Source: Escherichia coli O127:H6 str. E2348/69 (lineage in GTDB: Bacteria; Pseudomonadota; Gammaproteobacteria; Enterobacterales; Enterobacteriaceae). Taken from it: a stretch of 64,000 bases of DNA. The stretch's first letter is position 1. Every line of letters starts with the position of its first letter. The position numbers and the translations under genes are program-made. Location of the stretch: assembly GCF_000026545.1 (NCBI RefSeq), contig NC_011601.1, one strand, 5' to 3'. The notes under the pieces were generated by a model. It was given only the letters and a program-made list of their open reading frames with translations. It had not been told where the DNA came from and searched no databases. Of the stretch, positions 29,975-39,831 are shown piece after piece.

Positions 29975-30733
29975 ATGTCCTTCATGTCTTCGTTCTTGCA
30001 CGGCAGATTTCTGCATCCAGGCGTGTTTTCGTTATGCGTTTTGCTCCCTTTACTCGCCAGCGCCACCACATCACATATCTCTTTTAGCTACGCCGCCCGC
30101 CAGCGGATGCAAAACCGTGCGCGTTTATTAAAACAGTACCAAACTCCTCTGAAAAAGCAGGCCAGCTATATTGTGGAAGGCAATGTCGAAAGCAGAAGGG
30201 CGCTGCGCCAGCACAACCGCGAACAGATAAAACAGCATCCAGAATGGTTTCCTGCGCCTCTCAAAGCGAACGACCGACGCTGGCAGGCGTTGGTGGAGAA
30301 TAATCATTTCTTAAGCAGCGACCATCTACATAACATCACCGAAGTGGCGATTCACCGCCTGGAGCAGCAGCTAGGTAAGCCTTATATCTGGGGGGGCACG
30401 CGGCCTGATAAAGGCTTCGACTGTAGCGGGTTGGTTTTTTATGCCTACAACAAGATCCTTGAGGCTAAGCTCCCGCGCACGGCCAATGAGATGTACCACT
30501 ACCGTCGGGCAACGATTGTGGTGAATAACGACCTGCGCCGGGGAGATTTGCTGTTTTTCCATATCCACAGTCGTGAGATAGCCGACCATATGGGCGTATA
30601 TCTTGGAGACGGTCAGTTTATCGAGTCACCGCGCACCGGGGAAACCATTCGGGTAAGTCGGTTAGCTGAACCTTTCTGGCAGGATCACTTTTTGGGTGCG
30701 CGCAGGATTTTGACGGAAGAGACGATTTTGTAA
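29975..30733 (+). CDS. yafL: NlpC/P60-family peptidoglycan endopeptidase lipoprotein YafL
   Basis: 252-aa ORF with catalytic Cys in DCSGLVFYAY and His in HMGVYLGDG; alternative start 29984. Confidence 0.8.
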   Translation: MSFMSSFLHGRFLHPGVFSLCVLLPLLASATTSHISFSYAARQRMQNRARLLKQYQTPLKKQASYIVEGNVESRRALRQHNREQIKQHPEWFPAPLKANDRRWQALVENNHFLSSDHLHNITEVAIHRLEQQLGKPYIWGGTRPDKGFDCSGLVFYAYNKILEAKLPRTANEMYHYRRATIVVNNDLRRGDLLFFHIHSREIADHMGVYLGDGQFIESPRTGETIRVSRLAEPFWQDHFLGARRILTEETIL

Positions 30734-30789
30734 ATGGGTAATATTGACGAACTGGCAAAAGGTCGGATGCCACGCGGCATCCGACCTGT

Positions 30790-31146
30790 TTACATCTGGG
30801 CTGAAAACTCACGTTCTAAGACATCAATAATGAGCTGGTTTTTTGAAATGGAATGTTGTCTGGCGACGATGGTCAGCCGCGAATCAATGTGATGAGGAAC
30901 ACGAAGCGTCAGGCGTTTTTGCTCTTCTTCTTCACGAAAAGGGGCAATACCGTCCTCTTCACAATCCGCCATCCACTCATCCAGCGCGCTTTCGCCTTCA
31001 CGATATAATGCCTCAATACTTGTGGCTACAAAGTCACAATAACCGTTTACATTGAGGAACTTGCCGCGAAATGCGTTGATATCGGCTTCAAATGTCACTG
31101 CGGCTGGTTGACCTTTAATTGTGATAATGTTCGATGCTTTATTCAT
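30790..31146 (-). CDS. HicB-like antitoxin candidate (C-terminal ribbon-helix-helix-like segment)
   Basis: 118-aa ORF; C-terminus KRLTLRVPHHIDSRLTIVARQHSISKNQLIIDVLERE resembles RHH DNA-binding; 8-bp overlap with upstream partner gene. Confidence 0.5.
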   Translation of the reverse strand: MNKASNIITIKGQPAAVTFEADINAFRGKFLNVNGYCDFVATSIEALYREGESALDEWMADCEEDGIAPFREEEEQKRLTLRVPHHIDSRLTIVARQHSISKNQLIIDVLEREFSAQM

Positions 31147-31438
31147 AATCTACCCCTACACAGTTAACAAACCACTCCTTAAGACCTGCTACTGCGCCTT
31201 TATCCATCACATTCTTTGGATGTGGCTCATGTGTGCTGAATTTGGTCGTTCCAATCTGAAATTTTCGTCTGGAGCCGTTGTTATTTTTTATTGTTCCACC
31301 CACAGCTTTAATGAGTGCAACAACATCATCCCATTTAATTCCAGATTTTGGCGGCTCCGTCATTACATCGTCGAATGTTTTTCTATGACGAGAGCCTAGC
31401 GCGCTGACCTTAATCATACTATCAATCCATGACGTCAT
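31139..31438 (-). CDS. HicA-like (YcfA-family) toxin candidate
   Basis: 99-aa ORF; segment GGTIKNNNGSRRKFQIGTTKFSTHEPHPKNVMDKGAVAGLKEW resembles HicA core; precedes HicB-like ORF with overlap. Confidence 0.45.
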   Translation of the reverse strand: MTSWIDSMIKVSALGSRHRKTFDDVMTEPPKSGIKWDDVVALIKAVGGTIKNNNGSRRKFQIGTTKFSTHEPHPKNVMDKGAVAGLKEWFVNCVGVDYE

Positions 31439-31521
31439 TGTATGGTGTCATCGTAGTCTCTTTGCAGTGTGACGTCAATTAATGGTGTCAGGTGCTGCAA
31501 AGCATGGAAAAGATTCCTCAA

Positions 31522-33250
31522 TCAACTCAACGCCCCCATAATCTTCAACTCCAGCTCGTCCGGCACTTCGTTATACGACAGCACATGCAGCCCCGGCGCA
31601 AACAACCTTGCGTAGCGCGCCAGCAAGGGGCGCAGCTGCGGCGGCACCAGCAGCACTGGATCTTTCCCCGCCGCTTTCATCTGTTCCTTCACCTGCGGCA
31701 TCGTGATCTGAAACTGGTTGAGCATATTCGGGTCCACCGGCACGCTATCGAGCATCACTTTGCCGGCCTGTTGCGCCTGATTCACCACGTTGGTCAGCAG
31801 ATTTTCCAGCTCATTATTCAGCGTATACACCGTCAGCTCCTGCTTGCGAACGAACGGATGGGTTATGCTGCGCCGCAGCGCCAGGCGCACATCGGCCGCC
31901 AGCAGAATATGATCTTTAGTCACCGCACTACTGGCGACCAACACGGTGGCGATGGTGACGATATCGCGCAGGGAAACGCCTTCAGTCAGTAGCGCCCGGT
32001 ACACTTTCAGCAACTAGCTGTAATTGAGCGCCGCGCTCAAATCTTCCGCCAGTCGCGGTGCCATCGACGACAAACGGTTATGCAGCTGAGTAATATCGTC
32101 ATAGTTAAACAAATCAGGAATATAGCTGCGCACAATCTTATTCACATGGGTGGCAATTACGCTGGCGCTGTCGATCACCTGATACCCCATATTCAGCGCC
32201 TTCGCTTTCTGCGCGGGCTGAATCCAGGTGACCGGCATCCCGTACGCCGGGTCGTTCCCCAGCACGCCGTCTATCTCGCCGTAGGTTTCGCTGGAGGGCA
32301 GGGCCATCAGTTTATCTGCCGGAATATCCGCTTCATCAGCCTTAATGCCGTTGATGAAAATGGCGTACTGGCTGGGCTTGAGGCGGAAGTTTTCCCGAAT
32401 GCGGATCTCCGGCAGCAGCACGCCGTTGCCGTCAGAAATCACCTGCCGCACGCCGCGAATCCGCTGGGTGAGCGGGTTACCCTGTGCTTTGTCCACCAGC
32501 GCCACCAGCTTGTAGCCGAGGCTTAAACTGATGGGCTCGATCAGCGGAATGGTTTCCCAACTGACCTGTTGCTCGCTGGTTTCGGTGATGGTTCGGGTCA
32601 GCGTTTCGAGGCTTTTCTCCTCCGCCTCCGCCGCCTGCGGCTGTTTGCTCATCCGCCAGCCGGTAAAGCCAAGCAGGGCGCTGAACAGCAAAAACGGCAG
32701 GTGCGGCATCCCCGGCACCACCGCCAGCACAAACATAATTCCGGTAGCGGTGTAGAGCACCGACGGGCTTGCCAGCAACTGGTGGCGCACGTCATGGGCA
32801 ATATCGCCATTATCGCTGACGCGGGTGACGATAATCGCCGCTGCGGTGGAGAGCAGCAGGGAAGGGATCTGTGCCACCAGTCCGTCGCCGATGGTCATCA
32901 ACACATATTGCTGGAAGGCGGCGTCGGCGCTCAGGTTGTATTTGAAGATCCCGATACAGACGCCGCCGATCAGGTTGATCGCCAGAATCATCATCCCGGC
33001 GATGGCGTCTCCGCGCACAAACTTCGATGCCCCGTCCATCGCACCGTAGAAATCGGCCTCGCTGGCAACATCTTTACGCCGGGTTTGCGCCTGCGCCTGG
33101 TTGATCAATCCGGCGTTAAGATCGGCGTCAATCGCCATCTGTTTGCCGGGCATCGCGTCCAGGGTAAAGCGGGCAGAAACCTCGGAAATACGCTCGGCCC
33201 CTTTGGTGACGACAATAAAGTTGATAGTGAACAGCGTCAGTAAATCCGAG
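31522..33250 (-). pseudogene. lfhA: Flag-2 lateral flagellar export protein FlhA homologue remnant (N-terminally deleted, in-frame TAG)
   Basis: FlhA-like sequence (FTLDAMPGKQMAIDADLNAGLI) runs from about 33250 to 32017; TAG at 32014-32016 interrupts, FlhA-like C-terminus continues 32013..31522. Confidence 0.7.
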
Positions 33251-33991
33251 CGTGAAAGCATTATCGCCGCGCTGCACGGGCAGTCGATTTTCAATGGCGG
33301 CGGGCTGTCGCCGTTAAATAAAATCAGCCCGACGCATCCGCCGAAACCTGCCACCGTGGCGGTGCCGGAAGAGACGGAGAAAAAAGCGCGCGACGTCAAC
33401 GAGAAAACGGCGCTACTGAAGAAGAAGTCCGCCACTGAGCTTGGCGAGCTGGCGACCAGTATCAACACCATCGTCCGCGATGCGCATATGGAAGCCAATC
33501 TGGAGATGGAGATTGTTCCGCAGGGATTACGCGTGCTGATTAAAGATGACCAGAACCGCAATATGTTTGAACGCGGCAGCGCGAAGATTATGCCGTTCTT
33601 TAAAACGCTGCTGGTGGAACTCGCGCCGGTATTCGACTCGCTCGACAACAAAATTATTATTACCGGGCATACCGATGCGATGGCCTATAAAAGCAATATC
33701 TACAACAACTGGAACCTTTCGGGTGACCGCGCGCTTTCGGCTCGTCGGGTACTGGAAGAGGCCGGGATGCCGGAAGATAAAGTGATGCAGGTGAGCGCAA
33801 TGGCGGACCAGATGCTGCTGGACGCGAAAAATCCGCAAAGTGCGGGTAACCGGCGCATTGAGATTATGGTGCTCACCAAAAGCGCGTCCGATACGTTGTA
33901 TCAATATTTTGGTCAGCATGGGGATAAGGTGGTGCAGCCGCTGGTGAAAAAGCTGGATAAGCAGCAGGTGCTTTCGCACCGAACGCGTTAA
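33251..33991 (+). pseudogene. lafU: Flag-2 MotB-like LafU remnant (OmpA-like C-terminal domain retained)
   Basis: OmpA/MotB-like C-terminal domain (IIITGHTDAMAYKSNIYNNWNLSGDRALSARRVL); no N-terminal TM segment; abuts lfhA remnant. Confidence 0.6.
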
Positions 33992-34027
33992 ATGCTGAAT
34001 CTTTACGCATTTCTCAAACTCTGAAAT

Positions 34028-34047
34028 CACTGTATACTTTACCAGTG
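34028..34047 (+). promoter_or_regulatory. LexA SOS box upstream of dinB
   Basis: CACTGTATACTTTACCAGTG fits CTGT-N8-ACAG consensus, about 15 bp upstream of dinB start. Confidence 0.7.
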
Positions 34048-34061
34048 TTGAGAGGTGAGCA

Positions 34062-35117
34062 ATGCGTAAAATCATTCATGTGGATATGGACTGCTTTTTC
34101 GCCGCGGTGGAGATGCGCGACAATCCCGCCCTGCGCGATATCCCTATTGCTATTGGCGGCAGCCGCGAACGCCGGGGGGTGATCAGCACCGCCAATTATC
34201 CCGCGCGTAAATTTGGCGTGCGTAGCGCAATGCCAACCGGCATGGCGCTCAAACTGTGTCCGCATCTCACCTTGCTTCCAGGACGCTTTGACGCCTACAA
34301 AGAAGCGTCAAATCATATCCGCGAAATTTTCTCGCGCTATACCTCGCGCATTGAACCGTTATCACTGGATGAAGCCTATCTCGAGGTCACCGATAGTGTG
34401 CATTGCCACGGCTCCGCGACCCTCATCGCCCAGGAAATCCGCCAGACGATTTTCAACGAGCTGCAATTGACGGCATCTGCGGGCGTTGCGCCGGTAAAGT
34501 TTCTCGCCAAAATTGCTTCCGACATGAATAAACCCAACGGTCAGTTTGTGATTACTCCGGCTGAGGTTCCGGCATTTCTGCAAACCTTACCGCTGGCAAA
34601 AATTCCCGGCGTCGGCAAAGTCTCAGCGGCTAAACTGGAAGCTATGGGGCTACGAACCTGCGGTGATGTGCAAAAGTGTGATCTGGTGACTCTGCTCAAA
34701 CGTTTTGGCAAATTTGGCCGCATTTTGTGGGAGCGTAGTCAGGGCATTGACGAGCGCGATGTTAACAGCGAAAGGTTGCGAAAATCCGTCGGTGTAGAAC
34801 GTACGATGGCGGAAGATATTCATCACTGGTCTGAATGTGAAGCGATCATCGAGCGGCTTTACCCTGAACTGGAGCGTCGTTTGGCAAAGGTAAAACCTGA
34901 TTTGCTGATTGCCCGCCAGGGGGTGAAATTAAAGTTCGACGATTTTCAGCAAACTACTCAGGAGCACGTCTGGCCGCGGCTGAATAAATCTGCTCTAATC
35001 GCCACCGCGCGTAAAACCTGGGATGAACGCCGCGGCGGGCGCGGTGTGCGGCTGGTGGGGCTGCATGTGACGTTGCTTGACCCGCAAATGGAAAGACAAC
35101 TGGTGCTGGGATTATGA
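34062..35117 (+). CDS. dinB: DNA polymerase IV (Y-family translesion polymerase)
   Basis: 351-aa ORF starting MRKIIHVDMDCFFAAVEMRDNPALRDIPIAIGG. Confidence 0.9.
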   Translation: MRKIIHVDMDCFFAAVEMRDNPALRDIPIAIGGSRERRGVISTANYPARKFGVRSAMPTGMALKLCPHLTLLPGRFDAYKEASNHIREIFSRYTSRIEPLSLDEAYLEVTDSVHCHGSATLIAQEIRQTIFNELQLTASAGVAPVKFLAKIASDMNKPNGQFVITPAEVPAFLQTLPLAKIPGVGKVSAAKLEAMGLRTCGDVQKCDLVTLLKRFGKFGRILWERSQGIDERDVNSERLRKSVGVERTMAEDIHHWSECEAIIERLYPELERRLAKVKPDLLIARQGVKLKFDDFQQTTQEHVWPRLNKSALIATARKTWDERRGGRGVRLVGLHVTLLDPQMERQLVLGL

Positions 35118-35566
35118 ATAACATACAAATAAGAAACTATCAGCCTGGCGATTTTCAGCAACTATGCGCTATTTTCATTAGAGCGGTTACGATGACCGCC
35201 AGTCAGCATTATTCACCACAACAAATTGCCGCCTGGGCGCAGATTGACGAATCTCGCTGGAAGGAGAAACTCGCGAAATCACAAGTGCGGGTTGCAGTTA
35301 TTAATGCACAACCGGTTGGTTTTATCTCCCGCATTGAACATTATATCGATATGTTATTTGTTGACCCTGAATACACCCTCCGTGGGGTTGCCAGCGCTTT
35401 GTTAAAACCTTTGATTAAGTCTGAATCCGAACTTACGGTGGACGCCAGCATAACCGCAAAACCCTTTTTTGAACGTTATGGTTTTCAGACAGTTAAGCAG
35501 CAGCGCGTTGAATGCCGGGGAGCGTGGTTTACTAATTTTTATATGCGATATAAACCGCAACATTAA
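35114..35566 (+). CDS. yafP: GNAT-family acetyltransferase YafP
   Basis: 150-aa ORF; start overlaps dinB stop (ATGA); GNAT-like fold signature. Confidence 0.8.
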   Translation: MNNIQIRNYQPGDFQQLCAIFIRAVTMTASQHYSPQQIAAWAQIDESRWKEKLAKSQVRVAVINAQPVGFISRIEHYIDMLFVDPEYTLRGVASALLKPLIKSESELTVDASITAKPFFERYGFQTVKQQRVECRGAWFTNFYMRYKPQH

Positions 35567-35744
35567 ATCCAGCTTGCAAAGAAAATAACGCCCGCCTAGT
35601 ATGTGCGCGTTTTCTTATTCCACAAACTGCAAGGAGGTAAATCATGACAAATCCTTTATCAATGACTCTTTGCAGACCTTTCCAGGATTAATTCTTTTTT
35701 TCTTGCCCTGGATTCGTCTGCCATTTCCTGATTTTTATTCATAA

Positions 35745-36896
35745 ATGGAATGGTACATGGGCAAATATATTCGTCCCTTATCTGATGCGGTACTTACCAT
35801 CGCATCTGATGACCTGTGGATCGAGAGTTCAGCGATCCAACAATTACACACCACGGCAAATTTACCCGACATGCAACGCGTAGTAGGGATGCCAGATTTA
35901 CACCCCGGACGCGGCTATCCGATTGGCGCAGCGTTCTTCTCCGTAGGCCGTTTTTACCCGGCACTGGTCGGCAATGATATCGGCTGCGGTATGGCGCTAT
36001 GGCAAACAGATATTTTCGCGCGCAAATACAACGCCGATAAGTTTGAAAAGCGATTATCAGATCTGGATGACGTTGCTGAAGAAAGCTGGCTGGAGGAAAA
36101 CCTGCCGTCAGCATTTGCACAGCATCCGTGGCGCAGCTCGCTTGGCTCCATCGGTGGCGGTAACCACTTCGCAGAACTGCAACAGATTGATCAAATTATC
36201 GACGCGGAACTGTTTGCACTGGCTGGTCTGGATGCGCAGCATCTGCAACTGCTGGTTCATAGCGGCTCGAGGGGGTTGGGGCAGTCTATTTTACAGCGGC
36301 ATATTGCCTCGTTTTCGCATCATGGTTTGCCGGAAGGCAGTGACGACGCGCTAAGTTATATTGCGGAACATGATGATGCGCTGGCGTTTGCGCGTATTAA
36401 TCGCCAGCTGATCGCTTTGCGCATAATGCAACAAGTTAAGGCCAACGGAAATTCGGTTCTGGATGTGGCGCATAACTTTGTTAGCGCATGTCGAATCGGC
36501 GATCAACAGGGCTGGTTACACCGTAAAGGGGCTACGCCGGATGACAACGGTCTGGTGATTATTCCCGGTTCACGCGGTGATTACTCCTGGCTGGTTAAGC
36601 CTGTTGCGAACGAAAAAACGCTCCACTCGCTGGCGCATGGGGCAGGGCGTAAATGGGGGCGCACCGAGTGTAAAGGGCGTCTGGCAGCGAAATACACGGC
36701 GACGCAACTCTCACGTACTGAACTTGGCAGTCGGGTAATTTGTCGCGATAAACAACTCATCTTTGAAGAAGCGCCACAAGCCTATAAATCGGCTGAAAGT
36801 GTGGTGCAATGTCTGGTGCTGGCTGGGTTAATTATTCCTGTCGCGCGACTGCGTCCGGTGCTGACGCTCAAAAACAGTGGAGGGAAAAAAGGATGA
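35745..36896 (+). CDS. rtcB2: RtcB-family RNA ligase paralogue (RtcB2; full-length counterpart of K-12 ykfJ)
   Basis: 383-aa ORF with RtcB motifs [30 protein letters not shown]; stop overlaps prfH start (ATGA); true start may be 35757. Confidence 0.8.
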   Translation: MEWYMGKYIRPLSDAVLTIASDDLWIESSAIQQLHTTANLPDMQRVVGMPDLHPGRGYPIGAAFFSVGRFYPALVGNDIGCGMALWQTDIFARKYNADKFEKRLSDLDDVAEESWLEENLPSAFAQHPWRSSLGSIGGGNHFAELQQIDQIIDAELFALAGLDAQHLQLLVHSGSRGLGQSILQRHIASFSHHGLPEGSDDALSYIAEHDDALAFARINRQLIALRIMQQVKANGNSVLDVAHNFVSACRIGDQQGWLHRKGATPDDNGLVIIPGSRGDYSWLVKPVANEKTLHSLAHGAGRKWGRTECKGRLAAKYTATQLSRTELGSRVICRDKQLIFEEAPQAYKSAESVVQCLVLAGLIIPVARLRPVLTLKNSGGKKG

Positions 36897-37474
36897 TCTT
36901 GCTACAACTCTCCTCAGCTCAGGGGCCGGAAGAATGTTGTCTCGCAGTGAAAAAGGCACTGGACAGGCTGATTAAAGAAGCTGCCCGACAAGACGTCGCG
37001 GTAACGGTGCTGGAAACAGAAACGGGTCGCTACTCTGACACACTACGTTCGGCGCTGGTTTCACTTGATGGCGACAACGCATGGGCTCTAAGCGAAAGCT
37101 GGTGCGGCACTATTCAGTGGATTTGTCCGAGTCCGTATCGGCCTCATCATGGGCGCAAAAACTGGTTTCTGGGCATTGGGCGTTTTACCGCTGATGAGCA
37201 GGAACAATCGGATGCAATCCGTTATGAGACGCTGCGTTCGTCGGGGCCGGGCGGTCAACATGTCAATAAAACCGACTCGGCGGTACGCGCCACGCATCTG
37301 GCATCCGGTATTAGCGTGAAGGTTCAGTCAGAGCGCAGTCAGCATGCTAACAAACGGCTGGCGCGATTACTGATTGCCTGGAAGCTGGAACAACAGCAAC
37401 AGGAAAATAGCGCGGCGCTGAAATCGCAGCGGCGAATGTTCCATCACCAGATTGAACGTGGCAACCCGCGATGA
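36893..37474 (+). CDS. prfH: Peptide chain release factor homologue PrfH (GGQ motif)
   Basis: Start [24 protein letters not shown] motif [15 protein letters not shown]; translationally coupled to rtcB2. Confidence 0.85.
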   Translation: MILLQLSSAQGPEECCLAVKKALDRLIKEAARQDVAVTVLETETGRYSDTLRSALVSLDGDNAWALSESWCGTIQWICPSPYRPHHGRKNWFLGIGRFTADEQEQSDAIRYETLRSSGPGGQHVNKTDSAVRATHLASGISVKVQSERSQHANKRLARLLIAWKLEQQQQENSAALKSQRRMFHHQIERGNPR

Positions 37475-37563
37475 ACGTTTACAGGGATGGCTTTTATCGA
37501 AGGATAATGAAGGATGAAACTGCCGGAAGGCGATTAAACGCCATCCGGCAGCAAATCAAATAA

Positions 37564-39021
37564 TTACTTCGCCGGAATTTCTTTCAGCAGTTCAGTCAGA
37601 AGCGTCCAGTAATGACCAACGCTTTCGATATGAACTTGCTCATCCGGGGAGTGTGGACCGGTGATGGTTGGCCCGATAGACACCATGTCCATTTCCGGAT
37701 ACGGTTTTTTGAACAGACCACATTCGAGGCCCGCGTGGATAATCTGGATGTTCGGCGTTTTGTTGAACAGACGCTGATAGGTTTCACGTACCAGATGCAT
37801 TACCGGAGAGTTAGCGTCCGGCTGCCAGCCAGGATATGCGCCTTTTGCTTCTGTTTTCGCACCTGCCAGTTTACCCAGTGAATCCAGCATGCTCACTACG
37901 TAGTCTTTACCGCTGTCGATCAGAGAACGGATCAGGCAGTGAATTTCTACGTTATTGTCGGTCATGGTCACCACACCGACGTTCAGGGAGGTTTCGACCA
38001 CACCTTTTGCCACGTCGGAGTTGCGGATCACACCGTTCGGGGTGGCGTTCAGCAGACGAATAAAGGTATCGCGAGATGTCGCCGTTAATGCAGCTTTGTC
38101 GTTCGCTACGGAGTCCAGCAGCAATGCCAGATTCTTCTCTTTTTCTGCCAGTTCGTTTTTCAGGATCTCCTGATAGGTATCCACCAGAGATTTCAGGGCG
38201 TCGACTTTATCAGCTGCGACAGCAATGGTCGCAAAGGCTTCACGCGGGATGGCGTTACGCAGTGTGCCGCCGTTGAAATCAATAAGACGCAGGTCCAGTT
38301 CTTCTGCATGACCCGCCAGGAAGCGCACCAACAGTTTGTTGGCATTACCCAGGCCAACGTGGATTTCACCGCCGGAGTGACCGCCTTTCAGACCTTTTAA
38401 GGTTAACTTGAAGGTTTCAAAACCAGCTGGAACCGCTTCACGATCTAAATGCAGGTTGGAGGTGAAGTCGATACCTCCCGCACAACCCATGTAGATTTCA
38501 CCTTCTTCTTCGGAGTCGGTGTTAATCAGAATATCAGCCTGCAACCAGTTGCTCTGTAAGCCAAAAGCACCGTCCATACCGGCTTCTTCGGTCATGGTCA
38601 GCAGCACTTCCAGCGGGCCGTGAACCACGTTTTCGTCAGCCAGAACCGCCAGTGCAGAGGCCATACCAATGCCGTTATCCGCACCCAGCGTGGTGCCGCG
38701 TGCTTTAACCCATTCGCCATCAATATAAGGCTGGATAGGATCTTTGGTGAAGTCATGCACGGTGTCGTTATTTTTTTGCGGCACCATATCGAGGTGGGCC
38801 TGCAAGACGACCGGTTTACGATTTTCCATACCTGCGGTAGCAGGTTTACGAATCAGGATATTACCTACCTGATCGCGTTCGACATGGAAACCTTTCTCTT
38901 TTGCCCAACCAACAATGTATTCAGCGAGTTGCTCTTCATGATAGGACGGGTGAGGAATAGAACAGATTTTGGCAAAAATATCCCACAGCGGCTGTGGAGA
39001 TAATTGAGACAGTTCAGACAC
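37564..39021 (-). CDS. pepD: Cytosol non-specific dipeptidase PepD (aminoacyl-histidine dipeptidase)
   Basis: 485-aa ORF; M20-family metallopeptidase; synteny. Confidence 0.9.
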   Translation of the reverse strand: MSELSQLSPQPLWDIFAKICSIPHPSYHEEQLAEYIVGWAKEKGFHVERDQVGNILIRKPATAGMENRKPVVLQAHLDMVPQKNNDTVHDFTKDPIQPYIDGEWVKARGTTLGADNGIGMASALAVLADENVVHGPLEVLLTMTEEAGMDGAFGLQSNWLQADILINTDSEEEGEIYMGCAGGIDFTSNLHLDREAVPAGFETFKLTLKGLKGGHSGGEIHVGLGNANKLLVRFLAGHAEELDLRLIDFNGGTLRNAIPREAFATIAVAADKVDALKSLVDTYQEILKNELAEKEKNLALLLDSVANDKAALTATSRDTFIRLLNATPNGVIRNSDVAKGVVETSLNVGVVTMTDNNVEIHCLIRSLIDSGKDYVVSMLDSLGKLAGAKTEAKGAYPGWQPDANSPVMHLVRETYQRLFNKTPNIQIIHAGLECGLFKKPYPEMDMVSIGPTITGPHSPDEQVHIESVGHYWTLLTELLKEIPAK

Positions 39022-39281
39022 GTTAAGTCTCCTTGTCGATCACCCGCAAAACAGTATTGCAGGTCACAGGGTTAGCAGAAAATGTTGTCAACACAAGACA
39101 GGCTTGCGAGATATGTTTGAGAATACCACTTTATCCCGCGTCAGGGAGAGGCAGTGCGTAAAAAGACGCGGACTCATGTGAAATACTGGTTTTTAGTGCG
39201 CCAGATCTCTATAATCTCGCGCAACCTATTTTCCCCTCGAACACTTTTTAAGCCGTAGATAAACAGGCTGGGACACTTCAC

Positions 39282-39740
39282 ATGAGCGAAAAATACATCG
39301 TCACCTGGGACATGTTGCAGATCCATGCACGTAAACTCGCAAGCCGACTGATGCCTTCTGAACAATGGAAAGGCATTATTGCCGTAAGCCGTGGCGGTCT
39401 GGTACCGGGTGCGTTACTGGCGCGTGAACTGGGTATTCGTCATGTCGATACCGTTTGTATTTCCAGCTACGATCACGACAATCAGCGCGAGCTTAAAGTG
39501 CTGAAACGCGCAGAAGGCGATGGCGAAGGCTTCATCGTTATTGATGACCTGGTAGATACCGGTGGTACTGCGGTTGCGATTCGTGAAATGTATCCAAAAG
39601 CGCACTTTGTCACCATCTTCGCAAAACCGGCTGGTCGTCCGCTGGTTGATGATTATGTTGTTGATATCCCGCAAAATACCTGGATCGAACAGCCGTGGGA
39701 TATGGGCGTCGTATTCGTCCCGCCAATCTCCGGTCGCTAA
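39282..39740 (+). CDS. gpt: Xanthine-guanine phosphoribosyltransferase
   Basis: 152-aa ORF with PRPP-binding motif [11 protein letters not shown]. Confidence 0.9.
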   Translation: MSEKYIVTWDMLQIHARKLASRLMPSEQWKGIIAVSRGGLVPGALLARELGIRHVDTVCISSYDHDNQRELKVLKRAEGDGEGFIVIDDLVDTGGTAVAIREMYPKAHFVTIFAKPAGRPLVDDYVVDIPQNTWIEQPWDMGVVFVPPISGR

Positions 39741-39744
39741 TCTT

Positions 39745-39780
39745 TTCAACGCCTGGCACTGCCGGGCGTTGTTCTTTTTA
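39745..39780 (+). terminator. Probable terminator downstream of gpt
   Basis: CAACGCC-loop-GGCGTTG inverted repeat followed by T-rich tract. Confidence 0.5.
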
Positions 39781-39831
39781 ACTTCAGGCGGGTTACAATA
39801 GTTTCCAGTAAGTATTCTGGAGGCTGCATCC

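Noticed and set aside
32569-33243. 224-codon plus-strand ORF rich in Arg/Gln/His
   Set aside because: Antisense to the lfhA remnant, low-complexity composition, no recognisable domain.
32014-33651. 545-codon ORF that looks like an intact FlhA gene
   Set aside because: Its first roughly 135 codons are not FlhA-like and are antisense to the LafU remnant; the FlhA-like part lacks the N-terminal membrane domain and is cut by an in-frame TAG at 32014-32016. Called as pseudogene remnant instead.
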